Positions 21,750 through 31,573 of a stretch of 38,003 nucleotides of DNA are shown piece after piece (positions within the stretch are counted from its first letter, which is position 1; each line of letters starts with the position of its first letter). This DNA is from Thraustochytrium aureum (Eukaryota), in the NCBI GenBank assembly GCA_012862495.1, contig BLSG01000086.1, forward strand, positions 147,612-185,614, given 5' to 3'. The notes under the pieces were generated by a model. It did no database searches. It was given only the letters and a program-made list of their open reading frames with translations, and was not told the origin of the DNA. The position numbers were made by a program, and so were the translations under genes.

Positions 21750-24700
21750 TCACGAGAACGAAAAGTGCGACGACCGGCGCGACACCTCTAGGTCAAGCAA
21801 ATGGCGCCGCGCCTCGTCGCGGATCGACCTCAAGTCGCGGATCGCCGACGACCGCACAGTTCTGTCACTTGCCGCCCTCGCCTCGCGCGCAGAGAGCTTC
21901 CACCGGTACAGCGCTCGCACCTGCCCTTCGCGTTCGACAGCGTCCCAACTCCGCTCCAAGCAACGCGCCAAAGCACGGTACAAGCGCGCCTGGACCGCCG
22001 TCTGCCGCCAAGCAGCAAAGTTGGACAAGAGCGCTAAACCGCTGTACTGGTCAGCGCGCGCTTGGGCTGCAACGTTCTGGAATCGCTTGACCGAGCGCCA
22101 CGCACAGAACAGCTCCGGACGGTGCCGCAAACTGTCAAACGCCTTCTGCACTGTCTGGCGCCTCCAGCGGCCCAACACGGACTTGATGGCCCTGGCGCGG
22201 CGATCAGCCAGGGCCCTCTCCAGCCTCCCATGCACCGAGGCCTGCTTGAGGGCCGAGAAGGCCCAGCTCGTTCGGTGCCTCTCCAGCACCGAGCGCGTTG
22301 CCAGCGTATCCGAGCCGCAGAGCGTTCGGAATCGCCCAATCGCATCGGCCCATCGATGCTTCGCCGCGTTCGAGGCCAGCGCGCGAAACGCCGCCCGAAG
22401 CTGCCGCGCTCGCCAAGCCCCTACGGCACGCCCGAGCCGGCCAACGACCTGCGACACGCGCCTCCATCGGCTAAACGCCCACCGAGCAGCGCGGTCCCGA
22501 CACAGCGAGCTAGACCGCATCATCGCCTTGAGCGACGTTGAGAGCCGCGCGGCTCGGGAAGCGTGCCGCTTCAACTCATCAAACCCCGCTCGTGCTGCTG
22601 ACAAACGCCACCGAGCTGCGATGCGGCGCAGTGTTTCGCAGCGCTCACGCTCGTTCCGCGTTGACTGCGCCCACAAACTGAGGGCCCTTTTGAGCGCTTG
22701 CTCTCTGCGGCCGCCAGCCCAGGCGACCAGTGCGGCGCGCCGGCGGCGTTGCCGCCGAGCCGTCGCTGCCCACTGGCGGAAGGCTCGAGCGACTGTCCGA
22801 AGCGACCATGCAGCGACCGCCACGACCAGGCGCGACTCGCGGGCTGCCAGAGTCAGGGTCCAGTAGCGCCACTCCAAGAAAGCTTGCTGCTTCAACAACA
22901 TTGCGCGGCCACGCCACGCGAACACCAGCCGGCGTAAAGCCGCATGGCAATTCGACTGTGTATGCGTCGTTGCGACCCAGCAGCCAAATGCTGCCGCGAG
23001 CTGCCTGCGGCTTGCGCACGCGATTGCACGCTCCAGCTGCCGCTGCCGCCGAGCGTGCCTTGCAAGCTTCCAAAGGGCTTCGCGGGCAGCGCGGAGTCTC
23101 CAGCGCAACACAGTGCGTCGGACCCGCTTTGCTCGCTCTGATCCAGCCCTTGCATGACCGCGCAAGGCCTCGAATGCTGACGCGAGGCGCTTTGCTTTCC
23201 AGCGGGCGAGGATGCGGTGCACTTGCTTCGAGGCTGGGACAGCGTTGCTAGGCGCTCGTCCCGAAGCTCTAGTCCCCACGGCGACAGACTTCCACGTCCC
23301 GAACGCGCGCGTCAGTGCCATACGCGCCCTGTTTGACATCATGAAGGCAACGCGTCGCGCAGCCCGCACAGCACCGACCTGCCTTTCTGTGCAGGTCCTC
23401 CATGTTGAAAATGCAGCGCTAACCTGCCGAGCCTTCCACCGCCCGAGGAAACGGCGCAGAGCGCCACCGGTACGGCGTTGCGCGAACGAGGCACCTAACC
23501 AGGACCGAAACGCCGCGGCCAGCCTTCGCTGCCGCCAGCTCGAACAAAGCCTGCTCATGCGCGCAGCCGCGCAAGACGTGTCGCGCCAAGCGCGCAGCTT
23601 GGTGAAAGCCTCGCGAATCCGCACCTTGAGCCAAAGGTGGAGCAGCCGAGACAAGCGCGAGCGCGCCTGCAGCTGACTTTGCGTCCCGGCGACCCACGTG
23701 CGCCAAGCGCGTGCAATCACGTTGTTCGCGAGACGTTTTACGACTCGCTGAACAACAATGCGCCCAAAAGCGCAGCGGGCCTCGCGCCGCGCCTCGGCGT
23801 GAATAGAAGAGGTGCGCCACCTCGACCACGCCTTTGCAAGCCGGCGCAGGCGCCACCACCGAAGCGTTCGGCCCAGCGCCTCACTCCGCAAGTGGCAAGT
23901 GCGCGTTTTGGCCGCCCACGAACGCATCGAGGAAGCCAGGGCACGGCGACGCCATTGCGCAGCGACCCGGGCGAAACACAACTTGAGCGTGCGAGAGCGC
24001 ACTGCCCGTCGCGCCAGGCGGCCCAAGCGCTGCGAAGAGAGCGCGAGGTCCAATGCGACATCGAGCGTCGGGCGATCTCGCGAATCCTCGCTCGCTCGAC
24101 TACGCACTCCTTCCAACCGAGAATGATCGGCTCAAGGACNNNNNNNNNNNNNNNNNNNNNNNNNNNNNNNNNNNNNNNNNNNNNNNNNNNNNNNNNNNNN
24201 NNNNNNNNNNNNNNNNNNNNNNNNNNNNNNNNNNNNNNNNNNNNNNNNNNNNNNNNNNNNNNNNNNNNNNNNNNNNNNNNNNNNNNNNNNNNNNNNNNNN
24301 NNNNNNNNNNNNNNNNNNNNNNNNNNNNNNNNNNNNNNNNNNNNNNNNNNNNNNNNNNNNNNNNNNNNNNNNNNNNNNNNNNNNNNNNNNNNNNNNNNNN
24401 NNNNNNNNNNNNNNNNNNNNNNNNNNNNNNNNNNNNNNNNNNNNNNNNNNNNNNNNNNNNNNNNNNNNNNNNNNNNNNNNNNNNNNNNNNNNNNNNNNNN
24501 NNNNNNNNNNNNNNNNNNNNNNNNNNNNNNNNNNNNNNNNNNNNNNNNNNNNNNNNNNNNNNNNNNNNNNNNNNNNNNNNNNNNNNNNNNNNNNNNNNNN
24601 NNNNNNNNNNNNNNNNNNNNNNNNNNNNNNNNNNNNNNNNNNNNNNNNNNNNNNNNNNNNNNNNNNNNNNNNNNNNNNNNTCTAGCCGCGCAGCACGCGC

Positions 24701-27700
24701 CCAGTGCTGGAGCGCCACACGCTTGCAGCCCACGTCTGACCTAGCGAGGGCGAGTTGAAGCGCCTTTGTTCGCGCGCAAGATTCTCGGACGGCCGCCCTC
24801 CAGTGCAGAAAGGCCTCTTTGCGAGGGGCAGACACAAGCCACCGCTGCAAGACACGCCCCATTTGAGGGTCTCGCTGCCGCGCCTTTGTCGCTGCAAAAG
24901 CTCGCCATTGGAGTACTGCGCCGCCTAGTGTTCTACGCGCGAGCCTGCCGAAAACGGTTCTGACAGCCTTGCGGCGGCGAGACCGAGACTGCGCTGCTCT
25001 CCTCCATCGCCAGAGCCACGACTTGGTCGCGAGGGCCTCAGAGCGGGACGCGGCCGCCTGAGTCGCCCGCAACTCGTTGCATCGAAGCTCCAAAGTCCGG
25101 AACGCGCAGGAAAGTGCCCGCGCTCGCCAGCGGCGAGCACACACGTCCAGAAGATGGAGCTTGGTTCCGACGGCAACGGCGCAGTGCTCGGCCGCGTTCA
25201 CGCGCAAGGCGAATAGCGCTCGCCAAACCCGGTAGCGAGTGCTTCGCCGGAGGCACCGGCGCAAGAGCCGCTGGCGACGCGCAAACGCGCGCCACACGGC
25301 CATGACGCGCATGCTGATGGCACGCGCCCCTTTCGCACGCGCTTGTCTCAGCACGTTGCCCCACGCGACGCTGGCTCGCACCGCTTTGAACCACGACTGC
25401 GCGGTCCACCTCGTAGCAAAGCCTTTGAGCCTGGCTCTGCGAGCATCGCTTCGGCACCAGGTCGCCCAGGCAGCGAAACAGGCGCGCTGGAGGCGCTGGA
25501 GTCTGCTTTCAAGCGCATGGCGGAGGCTGAAGCATCTTCTTGCGTCGAGGAGGACGGTAGACCTCCACCTCATTAATGCCACGTGCAGCGTTGACGCGGT
25601 AGCCTCAGAGCAAAGGCGGGCATTCAGAACACGGGCCACGGCAGTGGCTTTCCGCGTGAACGAGCCTGCACGAAGACGCAGTGCCATCCATCCGACCTTA
25701 AGTCGTGCCTGGGATGCTTTGCGCTCCGACATGCGCTGTTGGAGGATGGCGCAGGCTTTGCCCCCTCGAGCAAGCCTGAGCTGCTTGGCTGCAGCACGCA
25801 AGTGGCCCTGGTAGGCTTGGCCAAGCTCCACAAGCTGCGATATATGGCGGTGATCTCTCAAACGAGACAGCGCCTCCCTCTGCTGTCGCTTCACTCCTCG
25901 CTGCACAAGGCTGCAGAGGCGCGCGACTCGGTCCCGGTCAAGAACGTCAAGCAAATGTTCGCGTAGGGCAGCGCACTCCTTCTGAGCCGCGTCAACTTGC
26001 GATTGTCGAAGGTCCTGTGCGTGCTCTCGCCAAGCCTGCAAGGCCCCCTTGACAGTGCAGCGGCTGCTGAGCCCCGCAGCTCGCCCGAGTACACGCCTGA
26101 ATACAATGTGTTGCCCCCACTTTGAAAACGCGGCGCGGAGCTTGCGTCGGCGCGCGTTTGCGATGCACATTGCAGCAGAGACCCGGCCAGCACGCCTCTC
26201 GACTTTACAGATTCTGACACCGGCGGCCAGCGCGCAAAAAGCGCGCGAGAGCGCCTCGCGGCCGCCAAAGTGCTCCAAAAGGGGGCGCCACTCGTCCGCC
26301 TCTGTTGGCGACTTTGGGGGGTTGGCCAGGTAGGTTCCTCGGCGGCGCAGGCGCGCAAGCGTCTGCCAGCGGAAAAAGTGCCGCGCTAAGTCTGTCGTCT
26401 CGACCTCGGCGAGACGGTGCCCGAGCTCGCGCTGTTCTAGTCCCTCAAGAGTGACAGCCGACCGCCAGTGAGAAAAGCAGCTGCGGAGCGTGGACTCGGC
26501 TTCGTCAAAATTGCTGGCCTCGCCGCCCTTTAGCTTGTAGAAAGCCCGCAGACAGGACAGCGCGCGCGACTTGCGCGACCAGCTCAGCAGCGCGGCACGA
26601 AGGGCGAACGCAACGTCTCTGGAGGCGCGGCGGTCCTTGGCGGCCTGGACGAGGCGGCCAAACGCCTCGCGCACCTTGCCCTGCAGGTCTTTCTCAGAGA
26701 GCAACGCTAGCCAGCGCAGGAGCGTCGAGCGCGCTCGGGCACCGTCAGACCAAGCAAGGAAGGCCCGCCTTGCCAGTCGAGTCTCGGCGCTCCTGCGAAG
26801 GCGGTTTTGAGCCGCCTTTCGACGTTCAAAGGCAGACGCCCACGCTCGAAACGTGAAACGCAGCCTGCGCGCGTCTCCTGAGCGAGACGCCCAAAGCCCC
26901 ACTTTTGCGAACCACTGCTTCTGCGCGCAGTAGCGAGCCCACCGGGCCCACGCCCTTGCCACGGGGGTCAGACTGAACCGCTTGAAATGCAACAGCACCC
27001 TGCCGAGAAGCTTTTCCTTCCGCAACTCGGCGGCCGCGGCTTGCGTCGCGTTCGACTTGAGTGCAGCAAAGCCATGCGCAAGCCTTTGAACGACGGGGGT
27101 TTTGAGCATGACGACGCGCAAGCGCGACGACCTGTCCACGAATGCCCTCCAGCCTAGCCNNNNNNNNNNNNNNNNNNNNNNNNNNNNNNNNNNNNNNNNN
27201 NNNNNNNNNNNNNNNNNNNNNNNNNNNNNNNNNNNNNNNNNNNNNNNNNNNNNNNNNNNNNNNNNNNNNNNNNNNNNNNNNNNNNNNNNNNNNNNNNNNN
27301 NNNNNNNNNNNNNNNNNNNNNNNNNNNNNNNNNNNNNNNNNNNNNNNNNNNNNNNNNNNNNNNNNNNNNNNNNNNNGGCGGGTCCATCTGCTGAATGCGC
27401 GGGCCAGCGGCAGCGAGAACATTCTCGCGAGGACGGGGCGCAAGATAGTCTGAGCGCACCGCGTCCTGAGCTGGTCCGATCGGGACGCGCGCGCCACACT
27501 GCGCCACTTGCTGAGCGCGCGCGCAACCTGACCAGATGCCATGCGCGCCAGCACAGGGCGCAGCGCCAGCCGAGTACACTGCCAGCGAGCCTGGTCCGCT
27601 TGCGCCGAGAGCGAAGCAACAGCGCGCCACTTCCACAAAGCGCGCCGCGATACGTCGGCAAGACGCCTCCCCCAAGCTCCTAAAGCCCGCCGCAGGAGCC

Positions 27701-29759
27701 GGCAATCTTGGAAAACAAACGAGCGCCACGTTTCAAAACCTGCTGCGCACCGCTTGTTCGCAAAGCGCGCGCAGATGCGATGGAGCGTTTGTCTTGCGTT
27801 GGAGCGAGCGCGAAAGGCAGCGCAGCCGTGCACGAGGGCACGCCATGCATGCGAGAGACGCCGCTGGGACCATCTGCTCGCGACTCGAGACAACACGGTC
27901 CTTGCCTGCGACGTTTGTTCCGCGTGCGATTTGAGCCTGCCAAAAGCGTCAGTAATGCGCCCAACCCTCAATCGCGCAAAAGCCCTTTCGAGCGTCAAGG
28001 TTTTCCTGGCGTGCGCCGAGGTCGCAGCCGCGCTCCGCCACGCAACCCAAGCTCGTGGGAGGCGTCGAAGCCGCCACCGCAAGCACGCACGGCCAGCCTG
28101 CAATTGGGCCTCTCGCTGCTTCTGTGCGCCTTCGCGTGCCTTGAGTCGACCGAATGCGCGCGCTCGTGCGATCCACGCCTTGCGCGCTAGCAATTGCGCG
28201 AGTCGATGAGCACCAAGCAAGGTGAGCGCTTGTGCCTGAAGAGCAGCGTGCTGCTTGAGCCTCTGGAACGCTGTGCCGAGGCCTCGGAGCTGCCACCGTC
28301 GCCCCACGCGCTTCAGGAGGTCGCGCGCCCCTGCTCGCTTGCTGCACACGCGCGCCCAGTGCGCGAGGCTCTGGCGCACGCGGTCGTTTTGGCACCGTAT
28401 CATGCGCGTTATTGCCAACGCCACAAGAGGAAGGCGTCCTCGCGCCGCCCAGGTCGCTTCCTTCCAAGCGCGCAAGGCGCGCTCCAGCCGCCCGCGTCGC
28501 GTTCGCGTCATCAGCTTTGCGCTTGCTCGTTGCAACCGGGCGCCACGGCGGACCGCGGAGCTGAGTGCGACAAAGCACCGCCTCGCGGTCAGCGAGCGCT
28601 GGCGCCTCGTGGCGGCCTCGACTGCGACGAGCACGTTCCGGTTTCGCTTCAGTGCGTGCAGCGCGGCGGCCGTGGCGCGCGTGGCTCGCGACTGGCTCCA
28701 GAGAACCAAAGCTGCGGCTGCGGCTGCGCGCTGCTGCCAGATGCCGGTATCCGCGGCGGACCGCAGAGATTCGAGTCCGTGGCGAAGCTGCCTTGTCCTT
28801 GTGCTAGCCGCTACGCGTCGCACTGCGCAGCGACGAAGCTTGACGAGCCGCGCGCGGCCGGCCCAAGCCCAAAACGATTGCCGGAGGGAGCTCTTGGCCC
28901 GCCTCATACCAAAGGCTGCCGCGGCCCGCTCCACGGCGGCATGTCGCCGGACGTGGGCTCGGAGGTGCGAGAATGCAGTCCGTAAATCCTGGCGGCGCGC
29001 CTTGAGTTGGACAACAAGCGAGAGCAGACGGCCCGTCGCCTGCGCAGGGCGCCGTTGGTGTGCAGCAAGACGGCCGAAAGCGCACCGAATCGCTCGCTCG
29101 TGGTTGCAAGTGAGCGCGATGCGGAGCGTGTGGAGCAGCTCGACGCGGTGGACGGCGTCCAGGAAGCCGTTCTGAACCGCGGCCCCAAGCATGTTGTGGG
29201 CCGCTTCGTGCCACTTGCTGAGCGCAGCGCGAAGCATTTGGCGGCGGATGGTGCTTGCAAGGCGGATGCACATGCGCGCGGCGACTGGGGAGAGGAGCGG
29301 GGCGGAGTCTCTGCTGGAGGAGCTGAGGTCTTGGCTCGCGAAGCTCTCGTCTTCCTCGCTATCGTCGACGTCTTCGTCATCGTATAAACCGCCGCCTCCA
29401 TCAACGCCTGGCATGTCATCAAATTCTGCCGTGCAGACCGCGCAAAAGGGACTCTGGGCGAGATTCGGTGCAGCGCATTCCGAGCAGACCTTCCACTTGC
29501 CGCTCGCGTCCCGCCCCACAGCGCCCGAGCTGGCCGCCGCTCTTGCCGCATGCCGCCCATCCGCCTTACCCGCGTAGTCGCCAAACATCGCGCGTTGCAG
29601 CGTCGCCGCGCCGTCCCAGCTGTCCCTCCATCCCAGCCTGACATAGTTCCCATCGCCGTTTGCCAGTTCCTCCAGTCCATCGCCGTCCTCCGCGCCGTCC
29701 TGCGCAGCGTTCCTCGCCCAATCCCAGCCGCTGCGGCTTCTGCGCGCGCTGCGCTCCAT
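21750..29759 (-). CDS. Giant (~2,670 aa including gaps) Sfi1-like centrin-binding repeat protein with N-terminal RanBP2-like zinc finger
   Basis: Dozens of Arg/Ala-rich helical repeats ending in [AF/AW/AL]xxW[R/K], e.g. LAKAWSRWR, LAAAFRSWL, VSAAFSTWR, VARAFRQWA and LRAAFSKWG. Joined from ORFs 29759-27377, 27159-24681 and 24139-21750 across 2 gaps and one frameshift at 24005-24007. WKVCSECAAPNLAQSPFCAVC lies at 29495-29433. Confidence 0.75.
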
Positions 29760-29790
29760 CAGGCCACCGCCGGGCGCTGCTCATTCGGCT

Positions 29791-29828
29791 CTGCCTGCCT
29801 GCCTGCCTGCCTGCCTGCCCGCCTGCCC
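29791..29828. repeat. (GCCT)n microsatellite
   Basis: ctgcctgcctgcctgcctgcctgcctgcccgcctgccc in the divergent intergenic region between the Sfi1-like and ARP genes. Confidence 0.85.
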
Positions 29829-29875
29829 ACTTCGATCGTTCCCGTCCCCTCCTCATGCTGCAAGTACTTCGGGTC

Positions 29876-29950
29876 CCAAGGCCCGACACCATAACCAGGG
29901 GCAACTAGAGGCCAAGGCCCGACACCATAACCAGGGGCAAGATGAGGCCA
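29876..29950. repeat. 36-bp tandem repeat, at least 2 copies, running into an assembly gap
   Basis: ccaaggcccgacaccataaccaggggcaactagagg at 29876 and ccaaggcccgacaccataaccaggggcaagatgagg at 29912. A third copy appears to begin (cca) at the gap edge. Confidence 0.9.
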
Positions 29951-30504
29951 NNNNNNNNNNNNNNNNNNNNNNNNNNNNNNNNNNNNNNNNNNNNNNNNNN
30001 NNNNNNNNNNNNNNNNNNNNNNNNNNNNNNNNNNNNNNNNNNNNNNNNNNNNNNNNNNNNNNNNNNNNNNNNNNNNNNNNNNNNNNNNNNNNNNNNNNNN
30101 NNNNNNNNNNNNNNNNNNNNNNNNNNNNNNNNNNNNNNNNNNNNNNNNNNNNNNNNNNNNNNNNNNNNNNNNNNNNNNNNNNNNNNNNNNNNNNNNNNNN
30201 NNNNNNNNNNNNNNNNNNNNNNNNNNNNNNNNNNNNNNNNNNNNNNNNNNNNNNNNNNNNNNNNNNNNNNNNNNNNNNNNNNNNNNNNNNNNNNNNNNNN
30301 NNNNNNNNNNNNNNNNNNNNNNNNNNNNNNNNNNNNNNNNNNNNNNNNNNNNNNNNNNNNNNNNNNNNNNNNNNNNNNNNNNNNNNNNNNNNNNNNNNNN
30401 NNNNNNNNNNNNNNNNNNNNNNNNNNNNNNNNNNNNNNNNNNNNNNNNNNNNNNNNNNNNNNNNNNNNNNNNNNNNNNNNNNNNNNNNNNNNNNNNNNNN
30501 NNNN

Positions 30505-31301
30505 CTATCCCTCTTTTCTACTGGGCGCCGCGCGGCGTGGTGGTTGGGCTTGGGGCTGGTGTGTCGAGCGCAGTTCCTGTGTTTGAGGGCTTTGCGCTGC
30601 CCCACGCGTCCAAGCGCATCAACTTTGCTGGTAGTGACCTGACGGAGCTGCTTCGGGCGCGGCTCGGCATCAAACTCGACAGGGACGTGGTGGAGCGAAT
30701 CAAGGAGCAGACGTGCTCTGTTGCCCTGAACCGGCCGCGGGACACCTTGAGCGGCGGCGGGGGCGGAGCGCGAGAGCCAAGCGCAAAGGCGAAACGGAGC
30801 TCGACGGCCTCCCAATCTGCCAGTGGCCGCGACTTGAGGGCCGAGGACGAAGAGCGCCTCAGCGGGCTCAAGAGCTTGCGCGCCATCCAGTACGAGCTGC
30901 CAGACGGCCAGGTCGTGGAGGTGAACGGCGAGTGCCAGAAAATTGTTCCAGAGGCGCTGTTTGACCCGAGCATCGCAGACGAATCCCATCCTGGGATCAG
31001 CCACCTCACTTTTCAGAGCGTGCTGGCCTGTGACAAGACTCTACAGGCCGACCTCTTCGACTCGATTGTGCTGGCAGGCGGCTCTTCAATGTTCCCAGGT
31101 CTTGCTGCGCGCCTCGAACGTGATATTGCAGAGCTGTCATCCGCGGCCCAAGTGACCGTGGTGCCTGACTCGCAGCGCAAGTACGCGGCGTGGATTGGCG
31201 GGTCCATGTTTGGTTCGTTGGAGACTTTCTCGCAGATCCTCATCACCCGTGCAGAGTGGGAGGACCAGGGGGCCCGTGTAGTTCATCAAAAGTGTTTGTA
31301 G
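30505..31301 (+). CDS. Actin-related protein (divergent); 5' part lies in gap 29951-30504
   Basis: LSLFSTGR (frameshift near 30528) then GVVVGLGAGVSSAVPVFEGFALPHA, FAGSDLT, VERIKEQTC, YELPDGQ, VPEALFDPS, IVLAGGSSMFPGLAARL, RKYAAWIGGS and VVHQKCL*. These are colinear with the C-terminal two-thirds of actin. Confidence 0.92.
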
Positions 31302-31573
31302 CAAACGAATTTTTCGAGCAGCACCAACAACGAGAACGCGTCGGCCCGCTGCTGGTCGCTGGCGAGGGCGCCGCGCTCGCTTCGGCGGGGTCGCACGGCG
31401 TCCACTTGGGGCAAGCGCGCAGCAAAGGGGCGGACGACCTGGCACTTTCGGTCTATAGATAGGTAGGTTACTATACTTATTACTCGCCCGCCCTGGGGCC
31501 CTGCCTGGGCGAGCGACCCTCGCCGAAGCGAAAGGCGCTCAACCCCAGTGCCTACACATCAACATCCACTTTC

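Noticed and set aside
21518..29577. Plus-strand Arg/Ala/Ser-rich ORFs overlapping the Sfi1-like gene
   Set aside because: They are antisense shadows of GC-rich coding sequence and carry no recognisable motifs.
29876..29950. 36-bp direct repeats as a CRISPR array
   Set aside because: The units are contiguous with no unique spacers, there are no cas genes, and the context is eukaryotic.
31483..31537. GC-rich hairpins (ctcgccc..gggcgag; cgcc..ggcg) between the convergent ARP and GPCR genes as a terminator or ribozyme
   Set aside because: Stems this short are expected by chance at this GC content, and there is no poly-U tract or hammerhead core.
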